Assembly (NCBI GenBank): GCA_964016885.1
Contig: OZ024748.1
Span: 17,112,001 to 17,176,000, forward strand
DNA from: Eledone cirrhosa
Taxonomy: Eukaryota
Direction of reading: 5' to 3'
Length of the DNA: 64,000 bases
Notes under the pieces: generated by a model
The model's input: the letters and a program-made list of their open reading frames with translations, nothing else
Databases searched by the model: none
What the model was told of the DNA's origin: nothing
Shown here: in pieces, positions 39,850-58,240 of the stretch
Layout: each line of letters begins with the position of its first letter
Numbering within the stretch: position 1 is the stretch's first letter
Made by a program: the position numbers and the translations under genes

Positions 39850-40403
39850 CTGTTGCTGCTACTACTACTGCTGCTATTTCTGCTGCTACTACTACTGCTG
39901 TTGCTACTGTAGCTACTACTACTATTACTACTACTATCACTATTACTACTACTACCACTACTATTAACACCACCACCAGTACTACTAATACTATTACTAC
40001 TATCACTACAACCAGTACTACTACTACTACCACCACTACTTACTACTAGCACCAATACTACTACTATCACTACAACCATTACTTCCACTACTACTACCAC
40101 TACTACTAGCACCAATACTACAACCACCACCAATACTACTACTACCACCGCTACTGCTAGCACAGATACTACTACTACTATTACTACTGCTACTATCTCT
40201 ATTACTCCTACTACTTCCATCACCACCAACAGTACAACTACTACGACTACCACTACAACCAGTACTACTACTAGCACCAATACTATTTCTACGACCACCA
40301 CTACAACCAGTACTACTACGACTACCACTACAACCAGTACTACTACTACTACAACTACCACTACAACCAGTACTACTACTAGCACCAACACTACTACTAC
40401 GAC
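39850..40403. repeat. Degenerate (CTA/CCA)n repeat
   Basis: Direct reading. Confidence 0.9.
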
Positions 40404-40520
40404 AAAGTTTGGGCTCCAGAATCTTTGACCATACATACAAAAAAAAGTCTGGCAAATTTTGGAGGAAGGGAAAGTTGATCTAATCAACACCAGAACTATG
40501 AGGTTACATTGACTTGTGTG

Positions 40521-40970
40521 CAAATCCCACCGAGGTTAACTTTGCCTTTCATCCTTACGGGGTCTATAAAATAAAGTACCAGTAATGTACTGGGTAATTG
40601 CTGGCCTTGTGCCAAAAGTAGAAACAATTATATATATATGGAGGCACATGGCTTAATGGTTAGAGCATTGGTCTTGCAATCGAAAGGTTGTGAGTTCAAT
40701 TCTCAGACCGGGTGATGTGTTGTTTCCTTGAGCAAGACACTTTATTTCACATTGCTCCAGTTTACTCAGCTGTAGAAATGAGATGATAGGGACTGGGGTC
40801 CCTATCATTCCACTGTAAAGTGGTCGTGGAGGTGCCACGGCAAAAAAGCACCCAGCACTCACTGTAAATGAGGTTGGTGTTAGGAAGGGCATCCAGCTGT
40901 AGAAATCAAGCCAGAATCAGTTCCCATCCCACCCTTGCAAGCAGGGAAAAGTGGACGTAAAATGAAATGA
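40521..40970 (+). mobile_element. Partial SINE A followed by a full composite SINE B+C (40639-40970)
   Basis: Matches other copies in the window. Confidence 0.8.
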
Positions 40971-40984
40971 TATATATGTATTTA

Positions 40985-44550
<3,566 letters not shown>

Positions 44551-44699
44551 TGTATCTGTTTTCCAGATTGGCATAGATTGGACAGGTTGTCATCTGAGAT
44601 TAGACTCTTCAGAATATCACATCTTACATATATGTTAGCTCCATTTTGGCATAGTTTCTGTGGCTAGAATGTCCTTCACATTACCAAGTTACTAACTGC

Positions 44700-45735
44700 T
44701 TTACAGAGTGTACTGGGTATATTTTATTGTGGTACCAACACTACCACTTTACAGAGTGTACTGGGTATATTTTACTGTGGTACCAACACTACCACTTTAC
44801 AGAGTGTACTGGGTATATTTTATTGTGGTACCAACACTACCACTTTACAGAGTATACTGGGTATATTTTATTGTGGTACCAACACTACCACTTTACAGAG
44901 TGTACTGGGTATATTTTACTGTGGTACCAACACTACCACTTTACAGAGTGCACTGGGTATATTTTACTGTGGTACCAACACTACCACTTTACAGAGTGTA
45001 CTGGGTATATTTTATTGTGGTACCAACACTACCACTTTACAGAGTGTACTGGGTATATTTTATTGTGGTACCAACACTACCACTTTACAGAGTATACTGG
45101 GTATATTTTATTGTGGTACCAACACTACCACTTTACAGAGTGTACTGGGTATATTTTACTGTGGTACCAACACTACCACTTTACAGAGTGTACTGGGTAT
45201 ATTTTATTGTGGTACCAACACTACCACTTTACAGAGTATACTGGGTATATTTTATTGTGGTACCAACACTACCACTTTACAGAGTGTACTGGGTATATTT
45301 TATTGTGGTACCAACACTACCACTTTACAGAGTGTACTGGGTATATTTTACTGTGGTACCAACACTACCACTTTACAGAGTGTACTGGGTATATTTTATT
45401 GTGGTACCAACACTACCACTTTACAGAGTGTACTGGGTATATTTTATTGTGGTACCAACACTACCACTTTACAGAGTGTACTGGGTATATTTTATTGTGG
45501 TACCAACACTACCACTTTACAGAGTGTACTGGGTATAATTTATTGTGGTACCAACACTACCACTTTACAGAGTGTACTGGGTATATTTTATTGTGGTACC
45601 AACACTACCACTTTACAGAGTGTACTGGGTATATTTTATTGTGGTACAGGCACTACTGCATATTGTGGTACAGGCACTACTGCATATTGTGGTACAGGCA
45701 CTACTGCATATTGTGGTACAGGCACTACTGCATTT
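44700..45735. repeat. 48-bp minisatellite (about 20 copies) followed by a 24-bp sub-repeat
   Basis: Unit ttacagagtgtactgggtatattttattgtggtaccaacactaccact; period 48. Confidence 0.95.
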
Positions 45736-46304
45736 GACCAAAAGAGTTTATTGAGAAAACACAAAGGTTGCAGACACTATAATCCAAATCAACATTTAAT
45801 GTTCATTTTCTATGCTTGCATGGGTTAGATGGGTTGTCATATTATGAGATAAGTTTAGGCAAGTGACCATGTTTTGCACATATGTATCTGTTTGGGGCTT
45901 GGTTCCTATGGCTTGATGTCCTTCCTAATGCCAACCTGGTTACAATGAAGGCAGGAAGACGTTTTTGAAACCAAACTGCCTGAACAACCTCTGATTAGAT
46001 GAAACAATTGTCCTTTTTAAGGAGTACATACTTATATCAAAACATACCATCAAAGTAGTATTTTAAAATATTTTTGTTAAATAATGTTTCAAACATTAGC
46101 TTAAAAAAAAAAGGTCAGATATTTAATTAAATTCTTCTTCCTCACTGACTTATTCCTTTGAAGATGCTGTCAGAAGCAACCATCTGCAATTGATAAAATC
46201 TTTCTAACAGCATGACTGTAATATCACAGCTGTGATCTCTCAATTCGGAGAAGTAGCAGCTCTAACTGAAGCGACTCTCTGATCTCTGAGCCATTCACCC
46301 TGTC

Positions 46305-46545
46305 ATCATTATCATCATCATCGTTTAACGTCCATCTTCTACGCTAGCATGGGTTAGACGGGAGTTGTCCCACTTGAGGCAAGGTTGGTCGGGTGACCAT
46401 GTCTCGCTCATGTAGGACTATCTGGCAGGTTTTCTACGGCTGGATGCCCTTCCTAACACCAACCACACTTACAGTGTGGAACTGGGAACTTTTTACAGTG
46501 TTATCTACACGGCCACATTACAGTGTGGACTGTGTGTTTTTTTAT
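46305..46545 (-). mobile_element. SINE family C
   Basis: RTE tail plus ggatgcccttcctaacaccaacc. Confidence 0.75.
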
Positions 46546-46828
46546 TCAAATAATGTTATTTCAAAAAACACTTTAGAGGAACCCCATTTCAGATGCCTGT
46601 ATTTGCAATCCTATTCTTTTGGTCATTACCACAATTTATAATTATTTTCAAGATTAAATGAAACAAGCTAGCTGTATATTTCATTAGAAATATAGTAAGA
46701 AAAAGGTTAACCAGTTCAAGAATAAATAGACATGATAAATATTAGAATATATATAGTATGTAAAACAACTTTATGATAAACATAAAATATATATAAGATA
46801 TATACAGGTATATATATATATTTATATA

Positions 46829-47032
46829 TAACGAAGGAAATGTGGTAAGGAATCAAATGGACCATAACGCACTAAAGTACTCAATACTTAGGGTAGTAGA
46901 GTGGGTAATAGGAATGAGTAGGACACCGACGGCTGAGCTCCAGCCGTTTCGACGGCCAATTCTGGACGGCTAATCCAGAATTAGCCGTCGAAACGGCTTG
47001 AGCTCAGCCGTCGGTGTCCTACTCGTTCCTAT
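46829..47032 (-). mobile_element. Fold-back element family F
   Basis: Palindrome 46908-47032 plus tail; TA flanks. Confidence 0.85.
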
Positions 47033-47052
47033 ATAACTTTGAATAACTTTGA

Positions 47053-47084
<32 letters not shown>

Positions 47085-47097
47085 CATATATATATAC

Positions 47098-47212
<115 letters not shown>

Positions 47213-47269
47213 CATATATCTATATATATATATACATACATATACATACATATATATATATAAATACAT

Positions 47270-47302
<33 letters not shown>

Positions 47303-47489
47303 CATATACATACATATACATATACATATATATATATATATACATATAAATACATATATATATATATATATACATATAAATACATATATATATACATATA
47401 TATATATATACATATACATATATATATATATACATATATATATATACATATATATACATATATATATATATACATATATATATATACAT

Positions 47490-47530
<41 letters not shown>

Positions 47531-47621
47531 ACTATCATCAGTTGTGAAAACACTGTTTAAATTTTTCTAGAACTAAATTATTACATTTTCTCAGGAAATC
47601 AATAAAACAACTGTGTGTGTA

Positions 47622-47705
<84 letters not shown>

Positions 47706-47778
47706 ATGAACATATACGCACGTGTAAGTATATACATATACATATAAACATGTGTATGTATATATATATTTATTTATT

Positions 47779-47821
<43 letters not shown>

Positions 47822-48279
47822 ATGAACATATACACACGTGTAAGTATATACATATACATATAAACATGTGTATGTATATATATATTTATTTATTAACATA
47901 TATAAATATCTATATAAATATATATAAACATACACATAAATATATTTATATATATTCATATACATATATAAATATATATATAAACATACACATAAATATA
48001 TTTATATATATATACATAAATACATATATATATATATATAATTGTATGTGTGCTGTGTGTATGTATACACACATCACACATATATTTGAATTCATTCAAT
48101 CATATAAATACACTTCCCTTTACAAAACAAATGCATTACACTGAGGTAAAAAAAATTCCAAGAACATGATAAACTCAAACATAAACTAAATCAATAGTCT
48201 ATAGATAGAAATGGTAATGCCACTTAGAATATATATTACTTAATATTCTATTGCCTTATATATTTCAGAAAAGTATCAC

Positions 48280-49560
48280 CTCTGTCTGTGTATGGAAATA
48301 CACATGGACACAGACACATTTATGTGTGTGTCTGTGTGCGTGGACATACACAGAAAGTGTGTGTGTCTGTGAGTGTGTGTGTTTTTGTGAATGTGTTTGT
48401 GTCTGTGAGTGTTGAAATACACATACACACACACACGCGTGTGTGTATGTGAGAGTGTGTGTGTTTTTGTGAATGTGTTTGTGTCTGTAAGTGTGGAAAT
48501 ACACATACACACACACACACACGTGTGTATGTGAGAGTGTGTGTGTGTCTGTGAGTGTGTGTGTTTTTGTGAATGTGTTTGTGTCTGTAAGTGTGGAAAT
48601 ACACATACACACACACACACACGTGTGTGTATGTGAGAGTGTGTGTGTGTCTGTGAGTGTGTGTGTGTTTTTGTGAATGTGTTTGTGTCTGTAAGTGTGG
48701 AAATACACATACACACACACACACACGTGTGTGTATGTGAGAGTGTGTGTGTGTCTGTGAGTGTGTGTGTGTTTTTGTGAATGTGTTTGTGTCTGTAAGT
48801 GTGGAAATACACATACACACACATGTGTGTGTATGTGAGAGTGTGTGTGTGTGTGTCTGTGAGTGTGTGTGTTTTTGTGAATGTGTTTGTGTCTGTAAGT
48901 GTGGAAATACACATACACACACACACGTGTGTGTGTGTGAGAGTGTGTGTGTGTCTGTGAGCGTTGAAATACACATACACACACGCACGTGTGTGTCTAA
49001 GTGTATGTGTGTCTGTGTGAATGGAAACACGCATACACATAAACGTGTGCATGTATGTTTGTGAGTTTGTCTGTGGGCATGGAAATACACTCACTCAGAC
49101 ACACACATACTCACACTCTCTCACACTCACACACACTCTCACACACACGTGTGTATGTGTCTGAGTACTTGGAAATACAGATGTGTGTGTGTGTGGGTCT
49201 GGGGGCATGGAAATACACTCACTCTCACACACACACACACATGTGTGTATGTGTATGTGTCTGAGTACATGGAAATACAGATGTGTGTGTGTGTGTGTCT
49301 GTGTGTGTACATGGAAATACACATACACATGCAGACACAAACACACATGTGTGAGTCTGTGTGTGTGTGTGCACATGGAAATACACATACGTGCACACGT
49401 GTGTGTATGTGAGTGTATGTATGTGTGTGCACATGGAAATACTCATGCACACACACACACACACATGTATATGTGTGTGTCTGTATCTGTATATATGTAT
49501 ATGTGTGTGTCTGTATCTGTATATATGTATATGTGTGTGTCTGTATCTGTATATATGTAT
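48280..49560. repeat. CA/TG compound minisatellite anchored on ggaaatacac (about 110-bp units)
   Basis: Direct reading. Confidence 0.85.
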
Positions 49561-49769
49561 ATAAAAGAACAATAACAACAACAACATTACATGGTATATA
49601 TATAAAATTGTTTCTATGTTTGGCACAAGGCCAGAAATTACCCAGTGTATTACTGGTACTTTATTTTATTGACCCCCGTAGGGATGAAAGGCAAAAAGGC
49701 AATATATATAAAATGTGAGGTTTGTGGTTTGTATATGTGGCTGGTGGTGAAACAAACAAAAACAATTGA

Positions 49770-52700
49770 TAGAAACATATGTAAAGGTGTGGTATGACTG
49801 ATGGATGTCTGATGAAACATGTGTAAAGGTGTGTGGTGTGATTGATGGATGTCTGATGAAACATGTGTAAAGTTGTAGTGGGACTGATGGATGTCTGATG
49901 AAACATGTGTAAAGGTGTGTGGTGTGATTGATGGATGTCTGATGAAACATGTGTGAAGGTGTGTGGTGTGATTGATGGATGTCTGATGAAACATGTGTAA
50001 AGGTGTGTGGTGTGATTGATGGATGTCTAATGAAACATATGTAAAATTGTAGTGGGACTGATGGATGTCGGATGAAACGTGTAAAGGTGTGTGGTGTGAT
50101 TGATGGATGTCTGATGAAACATATGTAAAGTTGTAGTGGAACTGATGGATGTCTGATGAAACATGTGTAAAGGTGTGTGGTGTGATTGATGGATGTCGGA
50201 TGAAACATGTGTAAAGGTGTGTGGTGTGATTGATGGATGTCTGATGAAACATGTGTAAAGTTGTAGTGGGACTGATGGATGTCTGATGAAACATGTGTAA
50301 AAGTGTGTGGTGTGATTGATAGATGTCTGATGAAACATGTGTAAAGTTGTAGTGGGACTGATGGATGTCTGATGAAACATGTGTAAAGGTGTGTGGTGTG
50401 ATTGATGGATGTCTGATGAAACATATGTAAAGTTGTAGTGGAACTGATGGATGTCTGATGAAACATGTGTAAAGGTGTGTGGTGTGATTGATGGATGTCT
50501 GATGAAACATGTGTGAAGGTGTGTGGTGTGATTGATGGATGTCTGATGAAACATGTGTAAAGGTGTGTGGTGTGATTGATGGATGTCTAATGAAACATAT
50601 GTAAAGTTGTAGTGGGACTGATGGATGTCGGATGAAACATGTGTAAAGGTGTGTGGTGTGATTGATGGATGTCTGATGAAACATGTGTAAAGGTGTGTGA
50701 TTGGTGGATGTCTGATGAAACATGTGTAAAGTTGTAGTGGGACTGATGGATGTCTGATGAAACATCTGTAAAGGTGTGTGGTGTGATTGATGGATGTCTG
50801 ATGAAACATATGTAAAGGTGGGGTGTGACGGATGGATGTCTGATGAAACATGTGTAAAGGTGTGTGGTGTGATTGATGGATGTCTGATGAAACATGTGTA
50901 AAGGTGTGTGGTGTGATTGATGGATGTCTGATTAAACATATGTAAAGTTGTAGTGGGACTGATGGATGTCGGATGAAACATGTGTAAAGGTGTGTGGTGT
51001 GATTGATGGCTGTCTGATGAAACATGTGTAAAGTTGTAGTGGAACTGATGGATGTCTGATGAAACATGTGTAAAGGTGTGTGGTGTGATTGATGGATGTC
51101 TGATGAAACATGTGTAAAGTTGTAGTGGGACTGATGGACGTCTGATGAAACATGTGTGAAGGTGTGTGGTGTGATTGATGGATGTCTGATGAAACATGTG
51201 TAAAGGTGTGTGGTGTGATTGATGGATATCTGATGAAACATATGTAAAGGTGGGGTGTGACGGATGGATGTCTGATGAAACATGTGTAAAGGTGTGTGGT
51301 GTGATTGATGGATGTCTGATGAAACATGTGTAAAGGTGTGTGGTGTGATTGATGGATGTCTGATGAAACATATGTAAAGTTGTAGTGGGACTGATGGATG
51401 TCTGATGAAACATGTGTAAAGGTGTGTGGTGTGATTGATGGATGTCTGATGAAACATGTGTAAAGTTGTAGTGGGACTGATGGATGTCTGATGAAACATG
51501 TGTAAAGGTGTGTGGTGTGATTGATGGATGTCTGATGAAACATGTGTAAAGGTGTGTGGTGTGATTGATGGATGTCTGATGAAACATATGTAAAGTTGTA
51601 GTGGGACTGATGGATGTCTGATGAAACATGTGTAAAGGTGTGTGGTGTGATTAATGGATGTCTGATGAAACATGTGTAAAGTTGTAGTGGGACTGATGGA
51701 TGTCTGATGAAACATGTGTAAAGGTGTGTGGTGTGATTGATGGATGTCTGATGAAACATGTGTAAAGGTGTGTGGTGTGATTGATGGATGTCTGATGAAA
51801 CATATGTAAAGTTGTAGTGGGACTGATGGATGTCTGATGAAACATGTGTAAAGGTGTGTGGTGTGATTGATGGATGTCTGATGAAACATGTGTAAAGTTG
51901 TAGTGGGACTGATGGATGTCTGATGAAACATGTGTAAAGGTGTGTGGTGTGATTGATGGATGTCTGATGAAACATGTAAAGTTGTAGTGGGAGTGATGGA
52001 TGTCTGATGAAACATGTGTAAAGGTGTGTGGTGTGATTGATGGATGTCTGATGAAACATGTGTAAAGTTGTAGTGGGACTGATGGATGTCTGATGAAACA
52101 TGTGTAAAGGTGTGTGGTGTGATTGATGGATGTCTGATGAAACATGTAAAGTTGTAGTGGGACTGATGGATGTCTGATGAAACATGTGTAAAGGTGTGTG
52201 GTGTGATTGATGGATGTCTGATGAAACATATGTAAAGTTGTAGTGGGACTGATGGATGTCTGATGAAACATGTGTAAAGGTGTGTGGTGTGATTGATGGA
52301 TGTCTGATGAAACATGTGTAAAGTTGTAGTGGGACTGATGGATGTCTGATGAAACATGTGTAAAGGTGTGTGGTGTGATTGATGGATGTCTGATGAAACA
52401 TGTAAAGTTGTAGTGGGACTGATGGATGTCTGATGAAATATGTGTAAAGGTGGGGTGTGACGGATGGATGTCTGATGAAACATGTGTAAAGGTGGGGTGT
52501 GACGGATGGATGTCTGATGAAACATGTGTGAAGGTGTGTGGTGTGACGGATGGATGTCTGATGAAACGTGTAAAGTTGTAGTGGGACTGATGGATGTCTG
52601 ATGAAACATGTGTAAAGGTGGGGTGTGATGGATGGATGTGTGATGAAACATGTGTAAAGGTGGGGTGTGACGGATGGATGTGTGATGAAACGTGTAAAGG

Positions 52701-52890
52701 TGGGGTGTGACGGATGGATGTCTGATGAAACATGTGTAAAGGTGGGGTGTGACGGATGGATGTCTGATGAAACGTGTAAAGTTGTAGTGGGACTGATGGA
52801 TGTCTGATGAAACATGGGTAACGGTGGGGTGTGACGGATGGATGTGTGATGAAAAATGTGGAGGTGTGTGACGATTGATGGATGTTGAAT
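49770..52890. repeat. 42-44 bp minisatellite with a constant core and three alternative variable segments
   Basis: Core gatggatgtctgatgaaacatgtgtaaag followed by gtgtgtggtgtgatt, ttgtagtgggact or gtggggtgtgacg. Confidence 0.95.
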
Positions 52891-53123
52891 AAAACCACAA
52901 AAGTAACATGGTATTAATAAATAAAAAGAAAAAATGAAGGGAATAAAAACAGCAAAATAACTATTGGGTTAGAAAAAATACAGAATTTTTGGATCGTCTC
53001 ATGTTTTCAGAAAATGTTTCATGAAGAGTTGCGTCTATGGATTTAGTTTGTGGAGATGTAAAACTTTGCCTCTTTCTCTCTCCCACCCTCTATCTCTCTC
53101 TATACACACACACACAAAGCTAG

Positions 53124-53176
<53 letters not shown>

Positions 53177-53272
53177 TGTATGCACACAGCTGTCCACACA
53201 AATATGTGGGTAGATAAATATATATATGTTTGTTTGTATGTGTATATATATATGTGTGTGTGTGTGTATATG

Positions 53273-53304
<32 letters not shown>

Positions 53305-53976
53305 TGTGTATATATATATATATATGTGTATATATATATATATATGTATGTGTATATGTATATATATATATATGTGTATATATATATATATGTGTGTATG
53401 TATATATATATGTATATATATATGCATATATATATATATATGAGTGTGTGTGTGTGTATATATAATATATATATATATATAGGAAAAATCCATAAATATT
53501 TAGATTTATATATTCTATATGTAAGCCCATACTGTATATACCAGCTGTTCTCTTTATAGTCTATAGCTGTATACATATCTTTATACATCCGTATGTTTAT
53601 ACATACATTCACATTTCAACGATGTATATGTGAGGCCTCATCTATAATATATTTCTTTCTTGAATGGATCATATATATATCTACATGTGTTTGTAATATC
53701 TCTCTCTATCTTTCTCTTTCTCTCACTCACTCTCACACTCTCTCTCTCTCACTCACTCTCACACTCTCTCTCTCTCACTCACTCTCACACTCTCTTTCTC
53801 TCACTCACTCTCCCACTCTCTATCTCATTCTCAGTCTCTCACTCTGTCTCTCTCACTCTGTCTCTCACGCTCTCTCTCACTCCCTCTCTCCCTCTCTCTA
53901 TGTATATATGTATTTGTGTGTGTATATCAGAAATATATATGTATGATGATGATATATCACATATATACATACGCAG

Positions 53977-54045
<69 letters not shown>

Positions 54046-54364
54046 TGTATACGTATGTATATGTATGTGTATATATATATATAGATATATATATACACAC
54101 ACATGTATACGTATGTATACGTATGTATATGTATGTATACATATGTATATGTATGTATACATATGTATACATATGTCTTCTATAATTTTGTCAATTTTCT
54201 CCTGTCAATCTATATTCTATAGCAGCAATCAATATATATCTTATTGATACATTGATTAGGTGATTTACTGATAGAATTGTCATTGATTTACTTTCACTTT
54301 TCAATGGATCACTGCTGCCCCTCCCCGCCCAACACTCTTACTTTGTTTCATTGACAATTTGATA

Positions 54365-54960
54365 TATGGTAGTGTGGGTTGGTGTGTGGTAGGTGGGTTG
54401 GTGTGTGGTAGTGTGGGTTGGTGTGTCGTAGTGTGGGTTGGTGTGTGGTAGTGTGGGTTGGTGTGTGGTAGTGTGGGTTGGTGTGTGGGTAGGTTGGTTG
54501 GTGTGGGTAGGTGGGTTGGTGTGGGTAGGTGGGTTGGTGTGTGGTAGTGTGGGTTGGTGTGTGGGTAGGTTGGTTGGTGTGTGGGTTGGTGTGTGGTAGT
54601 GTGGGTTGGTGTGGGTAGGTTGGTTGGTGTGTGGTAGAGTGGGTTGGTGTGTGGGTTGGTGTGGTAGTGTGGGTTGGTGTGGGTAGGTTGGTTGGTGTGT
54701 GGTAGTGTGGGTTGGTGTGGGTAGGTTGGTTGGTGTGTGGTAGAGTGGGTTGGTGTGTGAGTAGGTGGGTTGGTGTGTGGGTAGGTGGGTTGGTGTGTGG
54801 GTAGGTGGGTTAGTGTGTGGGTTGGTGTGTGGGTAGGTGGGTTGGTGTGTGGGTTGGTGGGTTGGTGTGTGGGTTGCCTTGTGTGTGTTGGTGTGTATGT
54901 ATGTTGGTGTGTGTTGGTGTGTGTGTATGTATGTTGGAGTGTGTGTGTGTTGGTGTGTGT
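54365..54960. repeat. G/T-rich (gtgggttggtgt) repeat
   Basis: Direct reading. Confidence 0.9.
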
Positions 54961-55090
54961 CATGATCTCTATGTGGATATGTGTTGTCATGTTTATATAA
55001 GTGTGTGTATGTCTGTTGTCATCTTTATATATATATATATATGTGTGTGTGTTTTGATCTATATATGTATGTGTTCAGCGTTGTAATCTA

Positions 55091-55142
<52 letters not shown>

Positions 55143-55593
55143 TATATCTGTGTAAGTGTACTTTTTGTGATCTATATGTGTGTATATCTGTGTATTGTGA
55201 CATAAGTATATATGCATGTGTGTATGTTGTGACATATGTATGTGTGTTGTGATGTATGTGTGTATGTGTGTTGTGATGTATGTATGTGTGTGTGTTATCA
55301 ATAGATGTATAAATCCAGGTGTCTATATATCCATACCTTTACATATCATATGAGATATATGTGTGTCTATGTGCATGTGAGTGTGGCAGGATCTGTGTGT
55401 GTGTGTGTGTAAGGGAGAGAGAGTATGTGTATGTGTGAGAGAGAATGTGAGTGAGAGAGAGAGTATGTGTGTGTGAGAGAGAGTATGTGTGTGTGTGAGA
55501 GAGAGAGAGATTGTGTGTGTGTGTGTGTGAGAGAGAGAGAGTATGTGTGTATATGTGAGAGAGAGTATGTGTATGTAGAGGGTATGAAAGGGG

Positions 55594-55663
<70 letters not shown>

Positions 55664-55706
55664 TTGGATATATGTGTGTGAAAGAAGAATGTGTGTACGC
55701 AATTGA

Positions 55707-55770
<64 letters not shown>

Positions 55771-56180
55771 GGTGAGAGTGAGAACGGTGTGCATGTGTCT
55801 GTGTGTATGTCTTTGTGTTTGTTTGTATGTATGAGTGTGTGCAGATGAGAGAAATGACTGTGTGTGTGTGTGTGTGTGTGTACAGCTGTGAGAGCGAACT
55901 GTGTGTCTCTGTGTATGCGCGTATGTGTTTGTGTTTATATGTATGTGTGTGTGCAGGTGAGAGAGAAAGAGAAGATGTGTGTGTGTGTGTGTAAATGTGA
56001 ATGTCAGGGGGAGGAAGTTATCCAGCTATACTGCTATAGGCATTATATCGATGTCTTCTAATAATTCTTTATTTCATAATAATAATAATAATTTCATTTA
56101 TTGGCCACAAGGGCCGACATATAGGGGACAATACAAAGACAGGGACAGTGGGGCTTTTACACAAACATTGAGTTTAATAA

Positions 56181-56582
56181 TGGTTTCTGAGTTAGGTACA
56201 AGGCCAGCAATCTGAAGGGAAGGGAAAAGTCAATTAAATCAACCCCCGGTACATTACTGGTATTTTATTTTAACGATAAAAGGTAAAGCAAGCCTCAGTG
56301 GGATTTGAACTCGCAATGTAAAGGGCCATAAATCTATGCCAAAAAGCATGGTATCTGACGCTGTACTGATACTGCCAATCTTCCACCCTCCAATAATAAT
56401 TGTTTCTACGTTTGGCACAAGGCCAGCAAATAACCCAGTGTATTACTGGTACTTTATTTTATCGACCCCAGTAAGGATGACAGGCAAAGTTAACCTCGGC
56501 GCGATTTGAACTCAGAACGTAAAGGGCCATGACTTTATGCTGCAACGCATGGTGTCTGACACTCAACCGATACTCCCAATCC
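56181..56582 (-). mobile_element. Two tandem SINE A copies
   Basis: Reverse-complement copies at 56181-56390 and 56399-56582. Confidence 0.8.
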
Positions 56583-57284
56583 TAAGAATAATAATAATAA
56601 ACATTAAAAAAAAACTATAAAAACATGGTAAACAACATAAAACAGCCTACCATGACACAAGGAGAGGATCGATAGAGAAAGAATATTTCTAGCAAAGAAC
56701 TTTGTCAATATATCTCTGCTTGAAGCCACCCCCATAAATGGTGGGGTAGAAGTTAGAGGGAGAAAGAAGAAGTAGAAGAGAAAGAAGGGGGAGTGGGGAG
56801 GGTTTTTAGGGATTTCTATTTTTAATTAATTTTATTTTTACTTATTTATTCTTGAATAAGGTGATAGGTATGAAAGGTTTAGAAATGAATAAAGCAAGGT
56901 TGGTGGGAAAAATAAAATCCTTCTTCTTCCTTCAACCATTTATTCCTAGGAGGGATGTTGGGAATATGAAATCCAATAACTTTATTCAAAGACTGCTTTT
57001 TTTTATTTGTTTGTTTATTTTATTTATTTTTTTTTTTTAATTCTATTTTTATTATTTTCTTTATTTTTCTCCTTTTTTATTATATTTTATTTATTTTTTT
57101 TTTTTGTTTATTATTTTTTGTTTTTGGTGAAATAATTTAATGGCACAATATCGAAATTTCATGACATCCATTCTTCACAGATTTTGAGTTAAAATATTTC
57201 AGTCTGTGGAGGTCAGTTGGTACATTTTACTTGTTTTTTTTTTCTTGAAATAGGAAGAGATTGAATAGATTTATTACATTGTGA

Positions 57285-58240
57285 TACACCACCACTACCA
57301 CGAACACCACCACCCCATCCAACACAACAACCTCCTCCAACACCACCACCCCATCCAACACAACAACCTCCTCCAACACCACCACCTCCTCCAACACCAC
57401 CACCTCCTCCAACACCACCACCTCATCCAACACCACCACCACCTCCTCCAACACCACCATCCCTCGAACACCACCACCTCATCCAACACCACCACCTCAT
57501 CCAACACCACCACCTTATCCAACACCACCACCACCACCACAACCACCAACACTGCCAACAACACCACCACCACAACCACCACCACCACCAACACCACCAC
57601 CAACACCACCACCACAACCACCAACACTGCCAACACCACCAACACCACCACCACAACCACCAACACTGCCAACAACACCACCACCACAACCACCACCATC
57701 ACCATCACCAACACCATCACCAACACCACCACCAACACCACCACCAACACTGCCAACACCACCAACACCACCACCACAACCACTATGTGTACCATCACCA
57801 TCCTCAACACTGCCACCACACCCATCTCCACCACTACTGACATCATCAATTCAATACCACTATCCCCACCCCCACCACTATTGACACCACCACCACCACC
57901 ACCACCACCAGCAATGCCACCACCACCACCACCACCACCAATGCCACCACCACCACCACCACCAGCAATGCCACCACCACCACCACCACCAGCAATGCCA
58001 CCAACACCACCACCACCACCAATGCCACCACCACCACCACCACCACCAATGCCACCACCACCACCACCACCACCAATGCCACCACCACCACCACCACCAC
58101 CAATGCCACCACCACCACCAGCAATGCCACCACCACCACCACCACCAATGCCACCACCACCACCACCACCAGCACCAATGCCACCACCACCCCCACCACC
58201 ACCACCACCAATGCCACCATCCCCTGATGACACCACCATC
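57285..58240. repeat. (CCA)n-based repeat (explains the poly-His/Thr/Pro ORF)
   Basis: Almost entirely CCA/CAA triplets. Confidence 0.9.

Noticed and set aside
49770-52890. CRISPR-like repeat/spacer appearance and ORFs up to 960 aa
   Set aside because: The spacers are only three recurring variants, there are no cas genes, the context is eukaryotic, and the ORFs are repeat translations.
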